Below are positions 12,309 through 22,366 of a DNA stretch of 48,139 bases, in pieces. The stretch's first letter is position 1. Each line of letters begins with the position of its first letter. The notes under the pieces were generated by a model that made no database searches, was not told the DNA's origin, and worked only from the letters and a program-made list of their open reading frames with translations. The translations under genes and the position numbers were made by a program. Origin of the DNA: an uncultured Nitrososphaerales archaeon (GTDB taxonomy: Archaea; Thermoproteota; Nitrososphaeria; Nitrososphaerales; Nitrososphaeraceae); assembly GCA_963709405.1 (NCBI GenBank), contig CAVPXM010000058.1, positions 1 through 48,139 on the forward strand. Direction: 5' to 3'.

Positions 12309-13972
12309 ATGAATAAGTTCGTAAATACTCAGCTCATTCTATTCATGATCATATTTTGCCACGCGTCATATCTGGCTCCTTGTTTATTTTCCGACGTCAA
12401 TGCTCACATTTTTGTTTCTAGTGATGATAACGCTCCATTTCTTACATTAATTGAAAGAGTAAGAATAGAGGCGTTATTAGCAAACAATTCACTTCACTCC
12501 AATCTAACTTCTTCCAATGAGCATCTAGCTCAACTTTTAGATAGGCTAGATGATGTCATAGACAATGAGAACTATTTTGTAGTTAAGAGCCTATGCGAAA
12601 AGTCCACTTCTTCTATAGGTGATCCATGCACATGCAAAATGTAACATTCCAATATAGTTTTCAATCCTCTTTTCCCATCTTACCAGCAATCGTCTGAATC
12701 TGTTCATCCAAGAATGGGTTCTTTCAACAACCCATCGTCTAGCTCTGTATTTTGGTATTCCTTCTTTAATGCTCCTTCTTTCCTTTCCTTTTAATCTGAT
12801 GTGAATTGTATAGCCATACTCTTCCAGTAATTCGTATACCTCTGGAAACGCGTAGCCTTTGTCCATGCACATGTGCTGCTTTGATCTGATTGTTGGTTCA
12901 GGTCTATAGATGACTATGCTTTGCAATGTTGCTTTGGTCATCTTCATGTCATGCCTGTTAGCTCCATCTACAGATACACCAAGTGGTACTCCTTTACCAT
13001 CTACCAGAATACTACGTTTTGTACCTGATTGACTCTGTCTGTGGGATTTGGTCCTGTGCTTTTTTCCCCCAAGAGGCGCTTTTGTAATAACGCCATCCAT
13101 AGCCTGCCATTTCCAATCGATCCCAGTTTTTTTATCATATACCGACAATCCATCGATCCACATTCGCTTGAAAACACCAGCCTTTCTCCCTTCCTGGAAT
13201 CTGTCATGTACTGTACTTGAAGCACCAAGACTTCTAGGTAGAGCATTCCACTGACAGCCTGTACGTAGGACGTAGAAAATAGCACTCATGGCCTTCCTAT
13301 CATCCATTCTTGGACGACCAGCCTTTTTCTTCTTTCTCCTACGTATTGATGATGATAGCAATGTAATGATTCTATCCCATACAACATCAGGTATGCAGTA
13401 CGATGAATCAACTCCAGTAACCTCTGATATCAATACAGCTCAAAAGAAAGTGTAGTACCAGCTTAGCTTTATCGATCAAACACAGTTTGCTTATAACTCA
13501 ATAAAACTCTACTTTTCGGATGGGTTCTAAGAGTGAACAATTTAGTAATTCTACAGTTGATGCATTGTTTCTTGCAAACGTCGTGGATGAAATTTTGCAG
13601 TACTATGGAGGGGCATACGGAATCCTACCCAATGTAATGCTAAACATGTCTTCTATGTCTTCTATGTCTTCTATGTCTTCTATGTCGGCCAATTGTGAAA
13701 TTAAGCCCAATCCTAGGTCTATTATTGATATGTCCAAATATCAAACCGCTAAGGAATATGCAAAAAGGGCTGTGGAAATATTTGATGCAGAATTGAAACC
13801 GTATGAAACGAAAAATAATACCAGTACTGCTGGCCAGGTTGAGAAATCCCTTGCCGAATTGAAAAAAGCAGTAGACAATAAAGCTCAGCCACTAGAAATC
13901 ATGATTATCGTCCATACCAAAATTCATCCGAATTTGCAACTAGCGTACAATCTCAAGATTAGAAATAAATGA
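12309..13972 (+). pseudogene. Secreted His1/Met-loop helical protein interrupted by IS5
   Basis: VNA-HIF leader, (MSS)4 tract at 13646-13681, IVHTKIHP; homologous to 27710 and 41053; the uninterrupted junction is seen at 2092-2110. Confidence 0.85.
12587..13527 (-). mobile_element. Complete IS5-family element
   Basis: Transposase 12591-13433 (YVLRTGCQW, AMDG, MDKGY, RWVVERTHSW); imperfect IRs gagcctatgcgaaaagt / acttttcggatgggttc; TAA target duplication at 12584-12586 and 13528-13530. Confidence 0.95.
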
Positions 13973-14509
13973 TTAAGCTACAAGATCTACGGTAGTTCAA
14001 ATGGTATTACACTGCCAGAGTGCATTGAATTAATGCAATAAACACGCCAAAGACTGAGACATCCAAGGCAGTGCAACCAATACCCTATTCGCTACTTCCG
14101 ATTCTCGATCGTTTATTGATACCGGTATTGCTATTGAATATAAGGAAATGAGTAATTCGCCTTTTTAATTCCAGAGATGTTTCTACAATGGTTCATGCAT
14201 CCATAAGATTAGCAAGAGTCTGGCAAGATGTAATTACAGTGAATGACATTTTGGGATACTGGACAAGTAGGTGTTCAAAAATAAATATGAACAGAGTATT
14301 TCTGCATTGTCGTAAATGAAAACAACGAAGGTTTAAAGTGCTAAACATCAATTTCAAATCTATCTATGGTATTTTTGAGATCTTGTTTGCTTCTTTTATA
14401 GGTGTACCAACTAATAATTCCAAGAATAACAGAGAGAATAATTGCCAGTAGTGTAAATGAATCGAATTTTGGCATCTGTTCTTGATTTTGTGAGTTATTT
14501 ATATTATCG

Positions 14510-16759
14510 TTAGAGCTCGCTACTAGCCATTTTCATGTTCGTATTCGAAGCTTGATGGGGAGCGTTTGTGATTTTAGAGGTAAACGCATAATTCAAATCA
14601 TAATCTCCTTGTCTCTGAGCAGCCATAGCAACATTCCATTCTCCCGGCAGACCGATAAATGCACCAACAGTAAATATATTTGGCTGAATTTTATGCATTG
14701 TGACAACGATGGGTCCGATATCTGCTTTTTCATTCTTGAAAATCAACTCAGCTCCTGTTACTTTGGCATAGGGTTTGCCATTTGGATCGGTAAAGGTGAT
14801 CTTAAATGTATTAAACCCTGAGTAAAATGGATTTATTTCTATCTTGGTATTTACATTCATTATATTTACTTGTTTTACATAAGTGCTATTTTTCATCTGC
14901 ATCTGACTTCCAGTCATGGCCATGTGAGATGAAGGTGCAGTTGACCCAGAGTGTGACATATCTGACATAGAGGCCATACTCATTGAATTAGGCGAAGTCA
15001 CGCTAAGTATAGATGCCACCAACAATACAGCCAATGCTAACAAGGATTCAATTCTAAGTGTATATCCAAATCTGGAAAAAATAGTCTCATCATTATTATT
15101 ATTTGCCAACCCAGAATAATCATTTTTCTTATTCCTCGCAATTAGATTAATGAGTTTTTGAACTTTTGTTTTTTTATCATCATCCTTTAAGGTTTGTACG
15201 ATTTGCTTGCTTTCACCAGTGTTCTTACCATTTTCCTCTTTTGGAGAGCTAATTCTAGCGCCAACCTTTCCAATATTTGTAATCATAACTATAAAACCAT
15301 GAATCTTTGTTTGATGGTATGCTCCTAGAAGAACTAATGGCAGGGCAACTGCCAACTTGATTATCAGAACATTTCCGTAAGGTGAATAAAACAATGCATT
15401 AAGAGTATGAAGCTCAATCCAAGCCATGTAAATGCCACTTATACCGACTATCCCGAGTGATAGAGTAGCAATAAGCGAAAACCTTGGAAGTAGAATAGCA
15501 AGATAATATGTCATTGAGTCAATCGTATTCTTGTTTGATGTATCGGTAACTCTTTTGATTTCATCTTTTGAACTCTGATTCATCTTCGCGTTTTTTGGTG
15601 AAATCAACTGTGGATGTGATATTTCTGATCGTTTCAATGAGGACAACAACACGGTCGAGATGTAAAACAAACCACCTACCCACAATGAAACTGCCATCAG
15701 ATGCAACCAGTCAATAAATACAGCTAGAGATGGAATGAAATTCACTGCTGCATTATGGCTTGCAATACTGCTCGCTAATATACTTACTGCACCCGCAACA
15801 AAAGCGAAGTACAGTAAGAATGATTTTGATGCTGGAAATTTACTCTTTTTGGAACTTTCATCATCTCTTTTCTTACGTAAGACGTAATAATTGATGAGCA
15901 CGCATATTATTATTATTGAGGAGGTTACAATATAAAGTAACCAAGATAGTCCTGTAGATCCATGCAATACAGATCTAAAGATCGACCAATAGCTAGAATT
16001 GCTATTAGCCGCAAGCTCAGTAACTTGCAAAAATAATGACGAACTCCCACTTGCTATGATAGCTACAGACGCAGATAACAATACAATACTAAATCTTCTT
16101 ATCCAAGGCAAAGTCGTCTTGAATTTAGTCTCATTCAAACCTTTTGAACTATTTTTTTTATAAATTTTACTTCCAAACATCTCCCATAAAAACAGATGAG
16201 AAAATATTCCTCCTACAATGGCTACTTGTGATACTATCAAAGGCCATTTTATCAATCCATCTAAATTAGATGTTACTGCAACTGTCTGAATACGTTGTTG
16301 ATTCAATGACGTGCCGATATTAGATGAACCCCCACTAGCTCCCCCAGGGCCAACATTTCCTATTCCGAATACGTAAGATCCTCGTGCGATATGGCCATCA
16401 TCAATAGATTGTGTCATCCACGAAACAGTATATACTCCATCTGTCAATTTATGAGATTTTAATGTTGTTTTAGCTTCACGATTATGATCTCCAATGATTA
16501 TGAAATTATTATTGTCCACTCTTTGGTTCATTGCATTCAAAACTTGTATAGTACTTACATTAGGATCAGGTCTTTCTGAAAAATCGATCGTTATTTGCGT
16601 AGGAATTGGCATGCCCTTTTTTATTATAGAATTAGGAGCAGGTGTTTCGGTTACTGGAAGTGAATGAGCATAGGCATAATTTAGACTATTACTATTTAGA
16701 CTAGTTAAAAGAAAAATGGCAACTAGTGAAAATATGACCGCTATGAAGATTTTGTTCAT
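14510..16759 (-). CDS. copCD: CopC-CopD fusion copper uptake protein with Met-rich linker and C-terminal YtkA-like domain
   Basis: AYA-HSLP mature N-terminus, SIDDGH, ASHNAA, WLHLMAVSLWVGGL, RFS..A, YG..LIIKL; MSMASMSDMSH linker. Confidence 0.92.
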   Translation of the reverse strand: MNKIFIAVIFSLVAIFLLTSLNSNSLNYAYAHSLPVTETPAPNSIIKKGMPIPTQITIDFSERPDPNVSTIQVLNAMNQRVDNNNFIIIGDHNREAKTTLKSHKLTDGVYTVSWMTQSIDDGHIARGSYVFGIGNVGPGGASGGSSNIGTSLNQQRIQTVAVTSNLDGLIKWPLIVSQVAIVGGIFSHLFLWEMFGSKIYKKNSSKGLNETKFKTTLPWIRRFSIVLLSASVAIIASGSSSLFLQVTELAANSNSSYWSIFRSVLHGSTGLSWLLYIVTSSIIIICVLINYYVLRKKRDDESSKKSKFPASKSFLLYFAFVAGAVSILASSIASHNAAVNFIPSLAVFIDWLHLMAVSLWVGGLFYISTVLLSSLKRSEISHPQLISPKNAKMNQSSKDEIKRVTDTSNKNTIDSMTYYLAILLPRFSLIATLSLGIVGISGIYMAWIELHTLNALFYSPYGNVLIIKLAVALPLVLLGAYHQTKIHGFIVMITNIGKVGARISSPKEENGKNTGESKQIVQTLKDDDKKTKVQKLINLIARNKKNDYSGLANNNNDETIFSRFGYTLRIESLLALAVLLVASILSVTSPNSMSMASMSDMSHSGSTAPSSHMAMTGSQMQMKNSTYVKQVNIMNVNTKIEINPFYSGFNTFKITFTDPNGKPYAKVTGAELIFKNEKADIGPIVVTMHKIQPNIFTVGAFIGLPGEWNVAMAAQRQGDYDLNYAFTSKITNAPHQASNTNMKMASSEL

Positions 16760-16911
16760 TCTACTTGACTCATATTTTTTGGGTTCCGACCTTATTGAAG
16801 ATTACTGTATCCCCTCATCGTATATGGCATTAGCTCAAATTCCATAAAAAAGGAATGCGATTTTCACATACAGTAATTTAACTCTTTGTTCAATATCGTC
16901 GAGTAAGTTAT

Positions 16912-17488
16912 CTATGGAATTGTTGCATCAGCCTTTGGCAGAGGACAACCAAAACCGCCTGCGACACCTTGACTTTGCACTCCAGATGAAAGTGTCATTT
17001 TATTGTTATTTCCCGGGTGATCATCGCCTGCACCAGGAACACATTTGTAGCTGATATGAATCGGGGTATTATTTATTGTTCCATGTCAATGTATAGGTAT
17101 ATGTTGTTTGAGCACCTGGAAAGAATGTGGCAGTATAGTGAGCTGGATTACTATCATCGGGTTCAAAATCTAGTGTTTTATTTTTTGGACCAGCTGAGAC
17201 CTCAACTTTGACAGTCTTTTCTAAACCTGTTATAGGCTTGGTACCATTGGCTCCATCATTCAAAGGGTCTTTAGGATCAGGGGTATATGCGAAAAAGTCT
17301 ACTCCAGATCTATCACCCACATATACGGGTTCGCTAGCTGAACCAACTACAAGTAACGCTGGCTTTCCTCCTATTGTTAGGAGTTGTCTTTCATGTGCAA
17401 ACACACTTGTGCTCATTGAGAAAAAGAGCACTGCACTAAGAAAAGATATTACAGGTAACAATGCGTACTTCGTATTTTTGATATCCAT
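16912..17488 (-). CDS. Secreted His1 GGFGC-family protein, frameshift near 17085
   Basis: VFA-HERQ leader; continues GTINNTPIHISYKCVPG...VAGGFGCPLPKADATIP* to 16912; paralog of 19631. Confidence 0.75.
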
Positions 17489-17524
17489 AATTAAGATATG
17501 AGAAAGTTTGCAATTTAAATCTTG

Positions 17525-17547
17525 TATGACATTCGACGAATGTACCA
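17525..17547 (-). promoter_or_regulatory. 23-bp palindromic operator
   Basis: Minus strand tggtacattcgtcgaatgtcata, 5 bp, TTTAAA (17519), ATG at 17488. Confidence 0.9.
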
Positions 17548-18130
17548 AAATCCTTGGGAATCACTCTAAGTTTCTAAATCATGTGGTGTGGATTATACTG
17601 ATATACCGTAACATAACGTGTTGCTATTTATTGAAATGGCTCTATATTTATATAATGAATATCATGATCTTCTTAATTCAAACTAGCGCTTTGTCACTCT
17701 TATAGATGTATAAAATTTATATTATAATCAACTGAAACAAGATCCCTCCTTCAAGTGGATTATTGCTTGGATGTCAAGTTAAACTTGAATTCCGAAATTT
17801 CAGTCTTGAGCGGATTGAAGAGTATACCATAAATTAGAATCTTGATTACGTCCTGACCAGCTGGTAAATTGTGATTGCCAAGAATCGGCACCTCAATTTC
17901 CCCATTATAGGTGTGCAATGGGATTTGTGGTTGACCAGTTTCGTTCGAATACTGGAATTTCACTTTATTATCTTTCAAAATTAGAAAATTATAATCTACG
18001 TGTTGTTGTAATATATTCGTGTGTGGTTTAAAGAAGAATACCTTAAAAAGTTCCTTCAATTCAGGGTCAGAATGAATGTTTGACTTTTCAACTGAGATAT
18101 CCAAACTTCCCCGATCGGTTGAATTTCTTC
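17546..18130. repeat. Direct duplication of 24767-25352
   Basis: The intergenic part and the 3' half of the gene are nearly identical by eye. Confidence 0.85.
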
Positions 18131-18263
18131 CTATGAGGAGGTCTGCATTTGCGCCTTGAATTAAGAATAATGGATGTGTGAGAACTGTCAAAGACGATGT
18201 TGCTACTAATAACGAAAGCATTAGAAATAATGAAGAGAATAAATTACTGAAGAGATCTTTCAA
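17760..18263 (-). CDS. Secreted Q-HVDY domain protein (paralog of 24983)
   Basis: Signal peptide; STDRGSLDISVE, QQHVDYNF, PLHTYNG. Confidence 0.75.
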   Translation of the reverse strand: MKDLFSNLFSSLFLMLSLLVATSSLTVLTHPLFLIQGANADLLIGRNSTDRGSLDISVEKSNIHSDPELKELFKVFFFKPHTNILQQHVDYNFLILKDNKVKFQYSNETGQPQIPLHTYNGEIEVPILGNHNLPAGQDVIKILIYGILFNPLKTEISEFKFNLTSKQ

Positions 18264-18396
18264 TGCGAACCATGATTACCAAGTATCATCGATATTAATT
18301 TACCTATTTTGCAAAAGTCTAGTTCAGGATCATTTTCAAGAATGAATGGTGTTTTTGATAACTGCCTTTAGATTAAATATTGATTAACTATGTTAA

Positions 18397-18966
18397 GTGT
18401 TCTTTATATACGGACAGGCATCTTTTAATAGAAATATTCATGATATCGATAAAAAAAGTGAATTTGCTCCGTTTATGGTGGGTGTATCATTGATGGTTTT
18501 GACCATCTATGCCAATGCGTTGTTAACTAATCCATCTAATGTAGTTCTTGCACAGGTTGCAGGTGGAAAAAAATTTATCGCTCCTCTATCAGGTAATAAT
18601 GAAGTCCCACCCAAAGATACAAAAGCAACTGGATCTGCAGAGTTTACTTTGAGCAGCGATGGAAAGACAATGGCATACAAAGTAGACGTTAAAGACATAG
18701 ACAAGGTTACAATGGCTCACATTCATCAAGGCAAGCAGGGTGAAAATGGTCCTGTCGTAGTCGTATTATTAAAAGTTGCTTCACCTACTGGTCCAGAAAA
18801 TGGAATGTTAACACAGGGCAACATCACTTCTGATAAACTAGAAGGACCATTGAAAGGCAAACAGATTTCAGACCTTGTAAAATTAATTGAAGACGGTAAT
18901 GCATACTCAAATGTTCATACAGAACAAAATCCAAAAGGGGAGATCAGGGGACAAATTTCAAAGTAA
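18397..18966 (+). CDS. Secreted CHRD-domain protein
   Basis: LSGNNEVPP...ATGSA, AHIHQG..GENGPVV, YSNVHT...PKGEIRGQ; exact start uncertain. Confidence 0.92.
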   Translation: MFFIYGQASFNRNIHDIDKKSEFAPFMVGVSLMVLTIYANALLTNPSNVVLAQVAGGKKFIAPLSGNNEVPPKDTKATGSAEFTLSSDGKTMAYKVDVKDIDKVTMAHIHQGKQGENGPVVVVLLKVASPTGPENGMLTQGNITSDKLEGPLKGKQISDLVKLIEDGNAYSNVHTEQNPKGEIRGQISK

Positions 18967-19578
18967 ATACTTGTCCGTGATCTTTATATCAAGTTTTTTT
19001 AGGAGCCAAACTGAACAATATTGAATTTAAGCAATTTCAAATTATTTATGTTGTCGTATAGAATAAGTTAGATTTTTAAGAAAATGTAGCCTATTGTTGT
19101 TGTAGGATCAGTACACAAACAAGTACTCCGAGTTATTATCTTAATAGATAGAAACATCCAGATGGGTGACTTATTCCTTAACTCAGTAATTGTTGTTTAC
19201 GGTAAGTGGACATTATTTTTTCATTTATTAACTATACTAGACATAGTCAAATATCTATCGAGGAGTGTGAGTTAGCGAATTAATGTTACTGAGTCTAGTT
19301 TAGGGAAACGTTCGTATCATTCATATTAAGAAGCTTAAATAATATCAATGCAAATAACCAAATATTATTGAATTACAGACCTATTACAATACGTCTTCAT
19401 TTCTTCGATATTTTAATTGTTAATTTCTGTATACCGTCATCTAGCACTGCCTCTAAATGGTGTCACTAGACAATCTAAATTGGTTTCCTTGTGGAGGCAT
19501 GGCTCAATTCATCTATTAACTCGTCGGATAATTCTAACGATGGGTGATATCAATTTATAGAAATCATTGACCTATTAC

Positions 19579-19601
19579 TGGTACATTCGTCGAATATTCT
19601 A
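19579..19601 (+). promoter_or_regulatory. 23-bp palindromic operator
   Basis: tggtacattcgtcgaatattcta, 5 bp, CTTAAA (19607), ATG at 19631/19637. Confidence 0.9.
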
Positions 19602-19630
19602 AAACACTTAAATCTAGACTTACAAATTAC

Positions 19631-20223
19631 ATGCAAATGAAAATCAACAAGAATATGCTATTGTATACTTGTGGGTTTACAACGGCTGCATTAATTTTAT
19701 TGTCTATAAATGCACAATCCGCGTCAGCACATCAAAGAGGGCTTTTCACGATAGGAGGAAAAGATTACTTACTTGTAGTCGGTTCACAGAACGACCCAGT
19801 ATTTATAGATGATAAATCAGGAGTTGATTTTTTCGCATATACGCCAGATCCAAACGATCCAATGAACTCTCAGTCGAATGGCACAAAACCTCTAAGTGGA
19901 TTAGAAAATACACTGAAGGTAATTGTCTCTGCTGGAAACAAAAATCAAACATTTGATCTCGAACCTGCATTTAGAGATCCAGGACACTATAATGCGCCAT
20001 TCTATCCTACGGTACAGACAACTTATTCATATACATTGAATGGAACAATAAATAGATAACTCTACAGTCAAAATCTCAGATGGAGTTGAAAGTAAAGGAT
20101 TAGCGGGTGGTTTCGGATGTCCAGAAGCTCAGAACACATGTTGCATTCCCTGAACCATATGAGTCAAATGTAAACCTTCAAGCGAAGTTAGCAAAAATTG
20201 GAAATAAGACTTTGGAAAAATGA
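19631..20223 (+). pseudogene. Secreted His1 GGFGC-family protein with internal deletion/frameshift near 20055
   Basis: ASA-HQR leader, strong similarity to 17488; a downstream frame gives NSTVKISDGVESKGLAGGFGCPEA; 3' end approximate. Confidence 0.75.
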
Positions 20224-20724
20224 ATCTAACGAAAAATGACTTGGGTTAAGTATTAGTCACTACAATATTTCACCATTTTTTTGTGCATATTGAGAAGTGA
20301 TATAATACTGAGTAGATACAAATCAGTTTTTCAATTTAGCCAGATCTTCATAAGAGGGAGAGTACTATGAAATAATCAGTGTTTATTAGGTTGCTAATAT
20401 CTGGATGTATGTTCTGAAATATGCAAGATTCACCTTTCCTCATGGAGAGTGGCATTTATTCGCATCATCCACGAATGGTATTTTTTGGCATTATGTAATC
20501 GCAAAACCAAGGAGTTATTTTTTCAGTTCTATTTTATCTCCTATTGTCGTGATAGTTTATTCAGGAAAAATTCGAATTATGTGTTTCTGGAGTAGTCTTT
20601 CTGCGCTTAATGAAATCATCAAATTATTAACGTTTTTCATTCCTGATCGATATTAACTTACGTAATTAGTCATTTATATGATTTCGGTATACTTTATCCC
20701 GCGACCCTGCATAAAGTCGTTCAT

Positions 20725-20747
20725 TACTCTATTCGACGTTTGTACCA
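20725..20747 (+). promoter_or_regulatory. 23-bp palindromic operator upstream of the sensor/regulator operon
   Basis: tactctattcgacgtttgtacca, 5 bp, CTTAAA (20753), ATG at 20782. Confidence 0.75.
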
Positions 20748-20781
20748 TATTACTTAAATTAGGTGATTGACATTATCGAAT

Positions 20782-21199
20782 ATGCAATCAAGTAGGCTTC
20801 CTATAAGCAATATTGCAGACAGTAAGCCCAAGTTACTTGGATTAATATCAGTTCTTGTTATAGGGATTTTGGCTGTACCCTGTAATTTTGCCTCATGTAA
20901 GTCATGTTGACATGATATATCATATTCTACTACACTTAGCGAGCCTAATTATTTCGATTTTCCTTGGTACTGTGTCCCTCATTGCTTACAACAGAAATCG
21001 GTGTGGTAGGCTATTATTTATGGCAATGGGATTTCTATCACTAATAGTAATTGAATGCTTATACTTGGTATTTGCAACAACAAATATCGAGGATATAATA
21101 ATACCAGTAGTAAGGATTGAATTGCCGCATGTGATACTTTTTGCAATGTTAACCTTATTTGGTATTGGGATCTTCAGAGTGAGTAACAAGAATTTATGA
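20782..21199 (+). CDS. His-rich small integral membrane protein (about 4 TM), frameshift near 20880
   Basis: MQSSRLP...LLGLISVLVIGILAVP then LPHVSHVDMIYHILLHLAS...IELPHVI; stop overlaps the next ATG. Confidence 0.75.
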
Positions 21200-21780
21200 A
21201 TTCAGATTCAAGAGCATTAGAGGAAACTCCTATAATAAATCATCCTACTCACATCATTCAGATTTCACAAGAATCTAAACGAATTATTAGTGTATCACTT
21301 TTAAATCACATTAACAGAAATCCTGGCATAAGATATAGGGAACTCCTTAGATTGTCCGGCATCGGCAACGGCGTCTTAACATACCATCTTTTGATACTGG
21401 AGAGGAAGGGTAAAATAAGAGTACATAGAATTAGAAATAAGATGACAAGATATTATCTTACACAAATTCCAGATAAAGATACAAAGATTATAAGCTCTCT
21501 AAAAAATAAGATGACAAGACAACTTGTACTCTTCATTTTGACTCACGACATGTGTTCATTTAGGAAAATAGTTGAATGCAATGGAAAGGCACCATCTACT
21601 ATATCATGGTATCTTAACAGATTAAGAGACGTAGGAATTGTATCTATAGAAACTGGGGAACGCTGTCAACTTTATACTTTAGCCGATAGTAAAGAGATCA
21701 AGAAGATATTATGTAGATATAAAGAAGTATTCTTGGATAAATGTGTGCATAACTACATTGAAATGATGGATCAGCTATAA
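21196..21780 (+). CDS. Archaeal double winged-helix transcription regulator
   Basis: INRNPGIRYRELLRLSGIGNGVLTYHL and a second HTH KAPSTISWYLNRLRDVGIV. Confidence 0.88.
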   Translation: MNSDSRALEETPIINHPTHIIQISQESKRIISVSLLNHINRNPGIRYRELLRLSGIGNGVLTYHLLILERKGKIRVHRIRNKMTRYYLTQIPDKDTKIISSLKNKMTRQLVLFILTHDMCSFRKIVECNGKAPSTISWYLNRLRDVGIVSIETGERCQLYTLADSKEIKKILCRYKEVFLDKCVHNYIEMMDQL

Positions 21781-21970
21781 TCTTCTTCCAAAGTTTCATT
21801 GGTTACTTGAATTACGTATGATTACTTAATTTGTTTACGCAGTCACATTGTCATCGGCGGCACATAGTTACATTTTTTCAATCATAATGCCTCATAAATA
21901 GAACCAATCTATAGCAGAATCGATTAAATGCTATGATCGGCCACCATTGATATCATCAAATAATTAACTT

Positions 21971-21993
21971 TGGTACATTCGTCGATTAAACCA
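21971..21993 (+). promoter_or_regulatory. 23-bp palindromic operator with no downstream ORF
   Basis: tggtacattcgtcgattaaacca, 5 bp, ATAATA (21999). Confidence 0.85.
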
Positions 21994-22027
21994 TAATTAT
22001 AATATATTTACGATGGAATAGCTGGAT

Positions 22028-22153
22028 CAGGATCCGCGAGCAAAGGATACATTCACATCATAAGTCTTGATTACTACTTGGTGGAGGTAGCCTAGACAAA
22101 AGTGAGAGCGGTTTGAGTGAATTTTACACCGATTTGATTCCTTTGCTCGTTTT
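22028..22153 (+). ncRNA. Candidate structured small RNA
   Basis: 12-bp closing stem 22036-22047/22139-22150 enclosing further stems, T-run after it, start at the expected distance from the operator/TATA. Confidence 0.5.
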
Positions 22154-22366
22154 AAGTTTGATCTATACCAGTTAGCATAAGTAAGCTAACACATTCTAGG
22201 TCAGATAATTACGCATATTCAGATTGCCGTTACCGTACTTATGTTTATTGGTATAGTTCGTATATTGAACAGTAATATCCTCGGCTCCAATAGATACCTA
22301 ATTTGGCATCATTTTCTTCTCTTCTCAATCCTGTTCGTTGAGTTTTAGGAATGATAAGTTATCTAT

